Assembly (NCBI GenBank): GCA_965649205.1
Contig: CBFGJV010000026.1
Location: 1 to 24,772, forward strand
DNA: 24,772 nt
From: a candidate division WOR-3 bacterium
Lineage (GTDB): Bacteria; Hydrothermota; Tepidihabitantia; Tepidihabitantales; Tepidihabitantaceae
Reading direction: 5' to 3'
The position numbers and the translations under genes are program-made. Position 1 is the stretch's first letter. Every line of letters begins with the position of its first letter. Of this stretch, positions 6,182 to 14,976 are shown one piece after another. Under the pieces are notes generated by a model, which worked only from the letters and a program-made list of their open reading frames with translations, ran no database searches and was not told the DNA's origin.

Positions 6182-9100
6182 TCAACGCAAAACCAAAAAT
6201 TTCTCACGCACCGACGCAACCTGATGTCCCCCAGGGGTCTGTGTTTTAGCAGTAATCTGCACCAAATACACACCATTCGCTAGCACCCCACCCTCCTGGT
6301 CACGTCCATCCCAAACAATCTCGTTGTACCCGAACGAACCTGAGATCTCTCCCAAATCTCTAATCAACCTGCCTTGAAGGGTGAAAATGCCGGCACGAAC
6401 GGTTCCCATATGGTTCAGATGGAACGTGAAACGCGCCTCTCCGCATACCGGGTTCGGATATACGAGTAATGATTCTACCCTGAGAACAGCACCAGGCGGC
6501 TCTGTCTTTATTACCAGCTCTGCCACACTGCGATTCTTCCTATTGTCTGAAACTATCACCCGCAACGTCTCCACTGTACCTGAGAGTTTCAGCGGAAGAG
6601 AAAATCTAGCGGTTGTATACGAATTTTCATCAAAGACCAAAAGGTCTGTTAATACTATCTCATTGTGCCCAGTACTGGCTGAGAAAACTGGTTCGTAGCC
6701 CGGGAGCCGACAAATCATTACACCAGAGCTGTCGCTTATCACCCCGTCAAGCACAAATGAGGCTGGGACTATACTTCCGTTCTCCAGTCTCCTGCCCCCA
6801 TGAAAAAAGAGCACTCGCGGACCCGAACTATCTTCTCCTGGAACTTGAACCGCAGACCACAGCAACGTATCAGCCAGAACGGTCATATCACCTTGCAGAC
6901 CACCACTTAATACGCTAACTCGGCAGGTCTTATACATTGGAACATAGAAACCATTGCCTGCGAATACCGTATCCAAGGAAACCTCAAGGGGAAACAGAAA
7001 CCGAAAATCAACCACACCGGAGTTCAACCGTCCGTTCCCGCGGGCCAACTCGATACCTGGCAGCACGTACTCTACCACGCCACGTTCAGAAGAATATCTT
7101 CTCCAGCGCTTGGGCCCGAAAGCGGTCCAAAAAAACTCCCCCTGCTGAGTCTCAAGAATCGTCCTTGCCCACACTACCGCCCCTGGTTGGAGCGTGTCAG
7201 GACGGATGAGCAGTGGTTGTGTCGACCGGCCTGGACGCCGAAATCTGGTAGCCGGGTCTCCGAAAAGGTGATAAATGCGATTGATCGGCCAGGCCACATA
7301 AAAGGCAGTACCTACAATTGAATCAGGTGCCGAATCGCGCAACAGAGGAAGAAAAAGGTTACGGGCAAATACTTCGTTGACTCCCGAAGCCGTGGCCTTG
7401 GTGGCCGCTACTGTAGCAATCGCTCCTCCATCTGGCTTTCGTACCAACTCCTCTGCTATACATTCATAGCGTGTATCTTCGAACCTGCCAACGCTGCAAC
7501 TACCGAAATAGCAAAAAGGAGACCTGGTACCATTATCTACCGCATCAACCTCAGACACGTCAAATACGCTGCCATGACAAAGGTCAAATGCATCACCGTG
7601 ACCAAAAAACACCCAAGCCAGTGCCCCACGATTCAGTTCCCGCAACAACTCTCTCGCTGCCTGTTCTTTACGTTTCACACCTGTAAAAGGATGCTCTGTA
7701 AGATACACCTTTACCGGATCCAACAGATTCCCTGGATAAATCGAAATCCCTTCTGCCTGTCTGATGTGTCCAAAAGCTATGGGGTCAGGCCGCCCCGGCC
7801 CTAACCACTCGTCGTCCGCCAAAAGGAGCCAACGTCTATTCCAGGACCCGGCCGGGCCGCGTTCATAGGCAATAACTTTGTCAACGAAGCGACTTAGTTC
7901 TGCTCCGCTACGACAAGTCACCCGACCAAGAATCATGTCTGGACTACTACCAGTGCCCTCAAAATCCGCATACCATGAATCATAGGACAAAGTAAGCAGG
8001 CCCTGGGTTCCGCTCGGGTCAAGGCCATAGCCGGTCTCATAAGCGGGCACCCCTGGTGCCGGCTTGCGCCTCAGGTTGTCTTTATAGTCGTAAGAAGCAT
8101 CTCCGCACAGCACACCAAAAATAGGCCGCTTGTCGGCAAAAAAACGTTTGATGGCTACAGGCTCTTCCATGCCGAAAGCGTAATCGTCATATATCTCCTC
8201 AAGTACTGCCACATCAGTGCGACAGCCGGGGACGCCTGACACATTTCCTGCTCGATAGCGAGCCAATTTTTGTCCCGCAGGTAAATACTCGGCCGGGACT
8301 ACTACCCAATAGTCTGCATACCGCAGAGGAACCGCAAGTCTTCCGGGCTTTCGTATACTCATCTCTACCGGAATCAAAAGCTGCTTCTCTGCTGCTATTG
8401 CAAACTCTGCGAGCCTGCGCACCTGGTAGGAAAACTGCAAACTATCTTTTTCCTTTTGAAAATCCACGACCATCCGCGGAGAATAATGGTCAGTAACATC
8501 AAAGACATAGACCGGGTCAGAAACGTCCTTGACTGCAAAACGGAATCTGCCGGTATCCGACACCAAAAACCGCAGCTGACCCCGATATAAAGAAAGCACA
8601 CGCTCATAATCAATAACCAAATAGTCAAGAAACACTCGTTTCTGACCTTCGCCCATAAGCTCCAGAGTCAATTTGTTGTCCGAAAAGCTAGCTTGCATCG
8701 GGGTATTAACCACGAAGTTGAAAGGCTGTGCCGGTCCCGTGGCATCGAACTCAAAATCACCGACTGGCCTGCCATTCACCAGAATGCGTAGCCGGTTACC
8801 CGGGGTTTCGGAGTAAAGCCAGCCAGAGATGCGGTTAAACTGCACCGGATGCGGAACAGCAAGGTCAACATCAAACCTGACCCGGTCGCGATATGAATCC
8901 TTGGTGATGGTCTGCCATATCCAGAGCAAACCGGAACGAGCTGGACAATCAAGGTCTTGCTCCAGACGCAATATGTCTCTGCCCGTGCGAATAACCTTCG
9001 CACCCGCAGTATCCGGTCCCATTCCCTGTACCATGCGTTTGCCTGGCTTACCGCCCCAACCTAACCAGTACACATTGTATCGCGTATGCAGATTTCGCGA

Positions 9101-10222
9101 ATAAGTAGAACAACCTCTCAACCAGCGGCTGGCACCCAGGCCATAGAAAATAATCTTGTCTTCTGGATCAAACTTCCCGTCACCTTCTCCGGTGACGAGG
9201 ATGGAAACTTCTACCACTGTATCCGGCGCTAACTGATTAGGTACCCGCTCACCTACGTTGTACAACACAAACGAATTCGGCCTGATGCTGGCAAGACTGA
9301 TGCCCAATTTAGCCAACTCACGACCTGTAATGCAATAAACTCCGGAACTTTCGACCTTCACCTTAACCCAGTAGGGCGCCCGCTCAAAAAAGCCACTGGC
9401 AAAAGACAAGAGTCTCCGCTCATAGACCGAATCTGGAGTAGCATTGCCATCTCTGTCCCAAGTCGGAAAATTTTTCTCCCATCCCCCAACCTGTGACTCG
9501 GAACGGTACCACTTGAGGGCCTGTGCTCCGTTGATAAGCATCCGTTCTATCACTGCGTCCAGACACTCGGCAGAACGTTTTATAGCAAACGGAAAGCGGG
9601 AACTTAAATCTCCAGTTCCAGACTGGGCTCTCGCTTCGGAAAAGCGCGCCGGAGTAAACAAAAGCTGCACCTCAATCCAATCGGTAACAAACAAGGTCTG
9701 GCCAACTGCATCATATAGACACGGACGTACAACCAGCTCCACAAACCGGACATCTCTGAACCATTGCACCGGACCCACTACTACCCAATCCGTGGTTACA
9801 TGGTGACTCCGCGAGTTAGCTGCTGTGGTTCTGTTTATTTCTGAACCTTTTGTCGTAGCCAGCTGCCTGTGATTTCCCCTATCAAATGACTGACCGGTCG
9901 CCAACGCTGGCAACACGCCAACTTTTTCGTAACGATGCACAGATCCAATTTCATAACTGAGTTCAAATTGCGCGTTCGCGGGTAGACCCACTCGTAGCAC
10001 TTTCATCGGCAGGTCCGCTTCTCCCGGCAGGGCCAGATGGTCCGCATCAGGAAAGGAAACGCGATAAAAAGAAGCAGCGTCACCATCTTGAGACAGTCGT
10101 TCAAGTTCTACGGGTCCTGGTTCATATCTGAAAATCACACCCCGGTCGTCAGACTGCAGAAGGGTAATTGCCGCAAACAGCAGATTAGGAAAAAGTAAAA
10201 AACAAAAGCGTCCGGAGACCAT
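6182..10222 (-). CDS. C25 (gingipain-clan) cysteine peptidase, PorU sortase-like, with propeptide and C-terminal FlgD-Ig/T9SS-type sorting domain
   Basis: Signal peptide; C25 propeptide-like PGEADLP; PorU-like WVKVKVESSGVYCITG and FDPEDKIIFYG; GDASYDYK; SYDSWY; LGRV; catalytic FFGHG and GSCSVGRF; LFGDPA; C-terminal VYPNP...WDGRD...ANGVY...KFLVLR. Confidence 0.85.
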   Translation of the reverse strand: MVSGRFCFLLFPNLLFAAITLLQSDDRGVIFRYEPGPVELERLSQDGDAASFYRVSFPDADHLALPGEADLPMKVLRVGLPANAQFELSYEIGSVHRYEKVGVLPALATGQSFDRGNHRQLATTKGSEINRTTAANSRSHHVTTDWVVVGPVQWFRDVRFVELVVRPCLYDAVGQTLFVTDWIEVQLLFTPARFSEARAQSGTGDLSSRFPFAIKRSAECLDAVIERMLINGAQALKWYRSESQVGGWEKNFPTWDRDGNATPDSVYERRLLSFASGFFERAPYWVKVKVESSGVYCITGRELAKLGISLASIRPNSFVLYNVGERVPNQLAPDTVVEVSILVTGEGDGKFDPEDKIIFYGLGASRWLRGCSTYSRNLHTRYNVYWLGWGGKPGKRMVQGMGPDTAGAKVIRTGRDILRLEQDLDCPARSGLLWIWQTITKDSYRDRVRFDVDLAVPHPVQFNRISGWLYSETPGNRLRILVNGRPVGDFEFDATGPAQPFNFVVNTPMQASFSDNKLTLELMGEGQKRVFLDYLVIDYERVLSLYRGQLRFLVSDTGRFRFAVKDVSDPVYVFDVTDHYSPRMVVDFQKEKDSLQFSYQVRRLAEFAIAAEKQLLIPVEMSIRKPGRLAVPLRYADYWVVVPAEYLPAGQKLARYRAGNVSGVPGCRTDVAVLEEIYDDYAFGMEEPVAIKRFFADKRPIFGVLCGDASYDYKDNLRRKPAPGVPAYETGYGLDPSGTQGLLTLSYDSWYADFEGTGSSPDMILGRVTCRSGAELSRFVDKVIAYERGPAGSWNRRWLLLADDEWLGPGRPDPIAFGHIRQAEGISIYPGNLLDPVKVYLTEHPFTGVKRKEQAARELLRELNRGALAWVFFGHGDAFDLCHGSVFDVSEVDAVDNGTRSPFCYFGSCSVGRFEDTRYECIAEELVRKPDGGAIATVAATKATASGVNEVFARNLFLPLLRDSAPDSIVGTAFYVAWPINRIYHLFGDPATRFRRPGRSTQPLLIRPDTLQPGAVVWARTILETQQGEFFWTAFGPKRWRRYSSERGVVEYVLPGIELARGNGRLNSGVVDFRFLFPLEVSLDTVFAGNGFYVPMYKTCRVSVLSGGLQGDMTVLADTLLWSAVQVPGEDSSGPRVLFFHGGRRLENGSIVPASFVLDGVISDSSGVMICRLPGYEPVFSASTGHNEIVLTDLLVFDENSYTTARFSLPLKLSGTVETLRVIVSDNRKNRSVAELVIKTEPPGAVLRVESLLVYPNPVCGEARFTFHLNHMGTVRAGIFTLQGRLIRDLGEISGSFGYNEIVWDGRDQEGGVLANGVYLVQITAKTQTPGGHQVASVREKFLVLR

Positions 10223-10230
10223 GTGTTTTC

Positions 10231-10259
10231 AGTCTAGACCACTCAATTATGAAAGTCAA
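10231..10259 (-). promoter_or_regulatory. Sigma70-type promoter of the PorU-like gene, near-leaderless
   Basis: TTGACT-N17-TAGACT, 8 nt before ATG 10222; no SD. Confidence 0.6.
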
Positions 10260-10302
10260 CGCTATGCCACACATTGGAAAGAAACAGACGCATAGACTGC
10301 AA

Positions 10303-11076
10303 TTAGCTTCGACTGAAAAACAGAATAACGAGCAGACCAACAGCCCAGCAATAAAACGCAAACCAGAAGAAACGGCGGTTGACTACCGCACGACGCAACA
10401 GCGCTAGAGCAACTAAGCCAGAGAAAAACGCCGCCGCCCCCCCCAGAATTGAAGTACTCAATCCCAAACAATTCCAATCCGCCCCCACAGCTTCCTTGGC
10501 CGCCGCTGCCACAACTATAGGCAGCGAAAGAAGAAAACTGAACTCAAAGGCATCCTCCCGCCTCAAACCCAGAAACAAAGCCGCCGCTACTGTCATACCA
10601 GACCTGGATATTCCCGGCAAAATTGCCGCCATCTGCGCCAATCCAATAACCAGTGCCGTATGCCAGTCAAGTTGACGACCTCTTGTCTTGGCGAAAACAG
10701 TCAAAAAAACAACGAGACCAGTGACAAGCAACATAAGACCTACCAGCAGAGAAGAAGAAAATGCCGACTCAACACGAGATTCAAGAAGGAGACCGACGAG
10801 TCCAGCCGGAAGCGAAGCCAGAAACACATACCAGACCATCTTCCTTGCTTGCACATTCTCCCGGAACCCGACAAAAATTCCAGCCAGCCGCCGGCGAAAA
10901 TACACAAATAACGCAGCCGCCGTACCCAGATGCATAATCGCCACCACTGTCATAGTCGCAGCTGCGGGCATCCGGAAAATACGGTACAAAACAGCCAAAT
11001 GTCCAGAACTGGACACAGGCAGAAACTCTGTCAGCCCTTGCAAGACACCTAGCAATACTGCCTGCAAAAACGACAT
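10303..11076 (-). CDS. uppP: Undecaprenyl-diphosphate phosphatase (BacA)
   Basis: QGLTEFLPVSSSGHL and PGISRSGMT motifs; FSFLLSLP; multiple transmembrane segments; SD GAGGGGG. Confidence 0.96.
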   Translation of the reverse strand: MSFLQAVLLGVLQGLTEFLPVSSSGHLAVLYRIFRMPAAATMTVVAIMHLGTAAALFVYFRRRLAGIFVGFRENVQARKMVWYVFLASLPAGLVGLLLESRVESAFSSSLLVGLMLLVTGLVVFLTVFAKTRGRQLDWHTALVIGLAQMAAILPGISRSGMTVAAALFLGLRREDAFEFSFLLSLPIVVAAAAKEAVGADWNCLGLSTSILGGAAAFFSGLVALALLRRAVVNRRFFWFAFYCWAVGLLVILFFSRS

Positions 11077-11149
11077 TGACCCCCTCGCTTTATGTTTTGT
11101 TTCTTCTTAGTGTTCCAAAGCAGTCAGTTGTTTTCGATTTCATCATCAA

Positions 11150-12838
11150 CTAGAGGCCAATGCCCACAGCCAGGTGCACCTTACCTAGCAGCAGACTATT
11201 TCCCCAAGGTATGCCATAATCTATTTCCCACAAACCCAACCTAGTCGCAACACGCATGCCCAATCCGTAACCAAACTTCACTCCCCAGCCCGTCACTTTC
11301 TTGTACCATCCCACATCTCCAAAAGGATAGACGACCACATCTTGCCCAGCAGTCCAACGAAACTCACAATTCCCCCATCCCAGCTGAGGACTACTGAACT
11401 CTTCCTCCCGGTACCCACGCAGACTCTTAGTCCCGCCCAGATGGTACCACTCAAAACGGGAAAGTCCCACATCCGAGTAAATCTGCCGATAGTGAACCGA
11501 ACTCGCCAACGTAACCTTGGTAAATCTGGGTCCAACGCTCTTCCCGTCAATTTCGAATCTGCCGACGAGACCGGAGATCGACATGCCCGTACTCTTCCTT
11601 CCGGCCATAGTGCGTACCTCAAGAGTAACGCCCGGCTCCTGAGCGATGGCAGAATTTGTAATCATCTCTGCCCTTATACCTGTTCCTAACCAGGTTATGC
11701 GTGACCCCTCAGCAACGTCCGTTGAAGCTATTTGCTCCAGACCACTCACAAGAGTCACAGCGACCCCTGTCTCCATCATAATGGTCCCAGTCGCGGCCAA
11801 AAAGGAGCGGGAAGCTGTCGTATCAAACACATCATGTCTCACCGTACCCTCCAAACCCAACCAGGGCACAAACACGGTGGGTTCTACGTAGTAAAGCTGC
11901 CAACCGGTACGCCGCGCAAAGCTCTTCCACTCCACCTGCAACCTACGTCCTGTATTCAGTATGTTGTTCATACCTATCCCGAGACTTCCTGTCAATTTTT
12001 GGTCGACTGTCGTGTAGCCGATTGCGGCCAGTATTCGACTAGTCTGCAACGGCTGCAATTGATATCTTACTCCGAAACTCTTCCGCCGCAGTCCGTCATC
12101 TAACCTGCCGTCCCCCGCTCTGTGCAAGACAAAAGCAGATTCAGCTCCAACTGCAGTATCCGTATCTCTTACTACTAACGCTTTTCCGTTTACTCTCACC
12201 ACTTCGCTTCTGTCCAGATTTGTAGCCCAGTATCGAACCAGGACAGGCGAATACTGCTTTCCAGACCTGAATCTGGCTAGACGAAGCAGAAGATCAGGTG
12301 CAAGCTTGTTCGCCCCTTGAAACTCCAGAAAGGAAACAAAAACCCGCGGGCCGCCACTAACGCCCAACTCCGGTATGAGCATACCCGCGCTGTCCTCAAC
12401 GCTTCCCGGTACTACCTCGGCAAGAGGATAACCTGCTAGCTCGTAGACCGAAAGAATTCGCCGCACAGCATGCTCCAAATTTCTTCTGGTAAATACCGTC
12501 CCGGGTTTGGGTAGAAAGCTAGTAAGATAGCGCCCGGAAATTTCTTGATCGCCAGTCACACGCCAATGGGCTATTCTCACTGGCTCACCCGCCAAGATTT
12601 TGTAATGCAGATTCATACCTTTTGCGCCCTGAATAGTATCGAGCGTTACCTGAGCGCGCAGAGATCCCCACTCCGCCAGTCTGGCGGCCAGAATCGCCGC
12701 AGATTCTACAAGCGTGTCCTTGGAGATGCTATCTCCAGCTGCAAATCCTAGATTAAGTTTTAATCTCTTCGGCACCCCTTCGACAGTAATTTTTTCTATG
12801 AAAACCCGGTCACCAGCAGAAGAAATCTGAACTACCAA
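11150..12838 (-). CDS. Omp85 (BamA/TamA-like) outer-membrane protein with POTRA domains; start uncertain
   Basis: POTRA-like repeats (YELAGYPLAEV); LGGTKSLRGYREEEF lid motif; FGDVG; GYGLGMR; IDYG. Confidence 0.85.
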   Translation of the reverse strand: MVVQISSAGDRVFIEKITVEGVPKRLKLNLGFAAGDSISKDTLVESAAILAARLAEWGSLRAQVTLDTIQGAKGMNLHYKILAGEPVRIAHWRVTGDQEISGRYLTSFLPKPGTVFTRRNLEHAVRRILSVYELAGYPLAEVVPGSVEDSAGMLIPELGVSGGPRVFVSFLEFQGANKLAPDLLLRLARFRSGKQYSPVLVRYWATNLDRSEVVRVNGKALVVRDTDTAVGAESAFVLHRAGDGRLDDGLRRKSFGVRYQLQPLQTSRILAAIGYTTVDQKLTGSLGIGMNNILNTGRRLQVEWKSFARRTGWQLYYVEPTVFVPWLGLEGTVRHDVFDTTASRSFLAATGTIMMETGVAVTLVSGLEQIASTDVAEGSRITWLGTGIRAEMITNSAIAQEPGVTLEVRTMAGRKSTGMSISGLVGRFEIDGKSVGPRFTKVTLASSVHYRQIYSDVGLSRFEWYHLGGTKSLRGYREEEFSSPQLGWGNCEFRWTAGQDVVVYPFGDVGWYKKVTGWGVKFGYGLGMRVATRLGLWEIDYGIPWGNSLLLGKVHLAVGIGL

Positions 12839-12899
12839 GAGTATTAGCGCAAACCAAGACTTGGGGCAGAATAAAGAAACCGAGCTGGTCAGAAGAATG

Positions 12900-13499
12900 C
12901 TAACTCTGAAACAAATACTGTCTCCACCCTTCCGGAACTTCGCCTATGGAATTGATGGAGAACGTAAAGTAGTGAGGTTTCTTAGGTACTTTCAGCAGGG
13001 TCATGCCCGCCTGGGCAGGGGTACGGTCACCTTTGCGCGCATTGCACTCTGCACAGGCACATACGAGATTCTCCCAAGTATCCGGTCCGCCCAGCGTACG
13101 AGGTACTACGTGATCAGTAGTCATTTCCGCAAACTTGCGCCCGCAGTACTGACATATGCCCCGATCACGTTTGAGGATATTGCGTTTGGTCAACGGTACA
13201 TCCTGACGGCGAACTTTCACATAATAGTTGAGACGCAATACGCTGGGCAGAGCCATGGAGAAACGCATCGAACGAGCTGCAACATCATATGTCTCAACCG
13301 GCTCCGCTTTATTCAACAAAACCAGCACTATGGCCCTTCTCTCCTTGCACACGGATAACGGCTCATAGTTCTGATTCAACAGAAGTACACGCCGATTGAG
13401 AACTTCGGCTGATGTCTGCGCTTGTTGTCCACCAGTTTCAGACCCGGGACTAGCGGACGAACAACTCCTTGTTGATAAGCTCGATATTCTTTTCGACAT
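12900..13499 (-). CDS. HNH endonuclease (McrA-like, stand-alone VLLLNxxYEPL type); start uncertain
   Basis: VLLLNQNYEPL, PSVLRL, ILKRDRGICQYCG, TTDHVVP, WENLVCACAECNARKG. Confidence 0.92.
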   Translation of the reverse strand: MSKRISSLSTRSCSSASPGSETGGQQAQTSAEVLNRRVLLLNQNYEPLSVCKERRAIVLVLLNKAEPVETYDVAARSMRFSMALPSVLRLNYYVKVRRQDVPLTKRNILKRDRGICQYCGRKFAEMTTDHVVPRTLGGPDTWENLVCACAECNARKGDRTPAQAGMTLLKVPKKPHYFTFSINSIGEVPEGWRQYLFQS

Positions 13500-14646
13500 A
13501 AGCTATCTGGCTGCGCCCAAAAGAAGCATAGGCTGGGTCTGCCATCGCCTTCTGGTAGTAACCCTTGGCAGCTTCATAGTAGGCTTTTGCCTGCCGCAGA
13601 CTGGCAGTAGGAGTAGAAGCCAGATTCTTACCCCTGGCCGCGTCTCCCTGTAGACGATTGACATCTCCCAGGGAAGCATACGCACTTGCCAACTCCGGAT
13701 CAAACCGCAAGGCTCGACGAAGCTGGACACTGGCTTGCTCGTATTTCCCTTGCTTTATCAGGATGTCAGCCTTGTACACATAAGCCGAGGTCAAAGTGGA
13801 ATCCATACTGATGACTTGGTCAAGCTTCGCCAAGGCCTGAGTATTTTTGCCTTGCCGGGCCAATATTACGCCTTGGGCAATCAACGCTTCCTTGTCCGCA
13901 GGGTTTGTCTTAAGAATCTCATCAAGTTCAGCCACGGCCTCGCTGTATCGTCCCACCTCTGCTAAAGCACTGGCCAGTTTCACCCGCAAACGTTCCACAC
14001 TTGGGTCGTGCTTGTAACGTTCCACTAAAGGTTTCAGGACATTTACGGCCTCGGCATAGCGCCTCATCTTGTACAGGAACTCGCCCCACAACCGCATGAC
14101 CCCCGGATCATCCGGAAATCTCCGTAATGCCTCTTTATACACAGAATCAGCTTGAGCCATACGGTCTGTCTTGACGTAAATCTGTGCCATACCGCTGTAC
14201 AGGTCCACAAGACTTGAGTCTTTCTCCAGACCCATCTTGTACGCGGACAGGGCACTGTCAACATAGCTGGAATCCATTGCCGACATCTCTAGAAAAAGAT
14301 CACCAAGTCCCTCGTAGGCTTTCGCCTTCTGCGGATCAATCTGGATGGCTTTGCGGTAAAAATACTGTGCTTGAATCGGATCGCGGCGGAAACGCCAAAT
14401 ATTACCGATAGCGATGTAGGGGTCGTAATAGGTTGAGTCCACCGCCAGGGCTGCCTCAAAGTTCTGCATCGCCGCATCGTAATTGCGCTGTGCGTAGTAA
14501 CTGGCCCCTATGGAATAATTCTTTTCTGCTTCCAAACGGCGTGCCTTTAGCTCTTCGTCTGATACCGGCTTTACCGTCTTTGTACCCGCACACCCAGACA
14601 ACGAGGCAAAAACACACGAGCAAACGACCGCGGCTAATAACCTCAT
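13450..14646 (-). CDS. Tetratricopeptide-repeat lipoprotein
   Basis: Start moved to ATG 14646 (SD AAAGGAG). MRLLAAVVCSCVFASLSG-C lipobox, then tandem TPRs. Confidence 0.9.
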   Translation of the reverse strand: MRLLAAVVCSCVFASLSGCAGTKTVKPVSDEELKARRLEAEKNYSIGASYYAQRNYDAAMQNFEAALAVDSTYYDPYIAIGNIWRFRRDPIQAQYFYRKAIQIDPQKAKAYEGLGDLFLEMSAMDSSYVDSALSAYKMGLEKDSSLVDLYSGMAQIYVKTDRMAQADSVYKEALRRFPDDPGVMRLWGEFLYKMRRYAEAVNVLKPLVERYKHDPSVERLRVKLASALAEVGRYSEAVAELDEILKTNPADKEALIAQGVILARQGKNTQALAKLDQVISMDSTLTSAYVYKADILIKQGKYEQASVQLRRALRFDPELASAYASLGDVNRLQGDAARGKNLASTPTASLRQAKAYYEAAKGYYQKAMADPAYASFGRSQIAYVEKNIELINKELFVR

Positions 14647-14672
14647 AATTTCAAACTCCTTTCTAAACGGCA

Positions 14673-14745
14673 TGGAGCCGACGGGATTTGAACCCGTGAC
14701 CTCTTGACTGCCAGTCAAGCGCGCTCCCATCTGCGCCACGGCCCC
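14673..14745 (-). tRNA. tRNA-Ala (GGC), CCA not encoded
   Basis: GGGGCCG/CGGCTCC-A acceptor stem with the G3:U70 alanine determinant; CTTGA-CTGGCAG-TCAAG anticodon arm; ACGGG-TTCAAAT-CCCGT T-arm. Confidence 0.97.
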
Positions 14746-14779
14746 GAGGCAGAACCAACTATTGCACGTAGCCTCTATA

Positions 14780-14807
14780 AGTCTTGCCAAAAAAAGGCGA
14801 CTGTCAA
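14780..14807 (-). promoter_or_regulatory. Probable promoter of the tRNA-Ala/TPR unit
   Basis: TTGACA-N16-AAGACT; the -10 is weak. Confidence 0.45.
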
Positions 14808-14831
14808 GACAATTCCTCCACCGCTTCGGAC

Positions 14832-14859
14832 TTGACTGAACAGTCCGGCAGATTATAAT
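14832..14859 (+). promoter_or_regulatory. Sigma70-type promoter of the tetR-efflux operon
   Basis: TTGACT-N16-TATAAT. Confidence 0.75.
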
Positions 14860-14874
14860 GACTGACCAGTCAGT
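14834..14874. promoter_or_regulatory. Two related palindromes, probable TetR operators
   Basis: GACTG-AA-CAGTC (14834-14845) overlaps the -35; TGACTG-AC-CAGTCA(GT) (14859-14874) covers the expected transcription start. Confidence 0.7.
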
Positions 14875-14901
14875 TTCCAGTTAAGGAAAGTGTGAACTTA
14901 T

Positions 14902-14976
14902 ATGTATTATGAACTACCCGTTCGGCACGCAGTCGTCCCGGCTGGGAAAATAACTTACTATAAAACCCTAGATTAA
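14902..14976 (+). CDS. Possible 24-aa upstream ORF, in frame with and abutting tetR
   Basis: ATG...TAA encodes MYYELPVRHAVVPAGKITYYKTLD and is followed immediately by the tetR GTG. Confidence 0.3.
   Translation: MYYELPVRHAVVPAGKITYYKTLD

Noticed and set aside
9576..9646. Three consecutive 5-bp hairpins in a linker of the PorU-like gene
   Set aside because: Stems this short are expected by chance; there is no tRNA-like consensus and no second copy was seen.
2841..14745. Genomic island integrated at tRNA-Met or tRNA-Ala
   Set aside because: No duplicated tRNA 3' end was found, there is no integrase, and the flanking genes are housekeeping.
14647..14790. N-terminal extension of the TPR ORF given in the ORF track
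   Set aside because: It reads through tRNA-Ala; the SD and lipoprotein signal identify ATG 14646 as the start.
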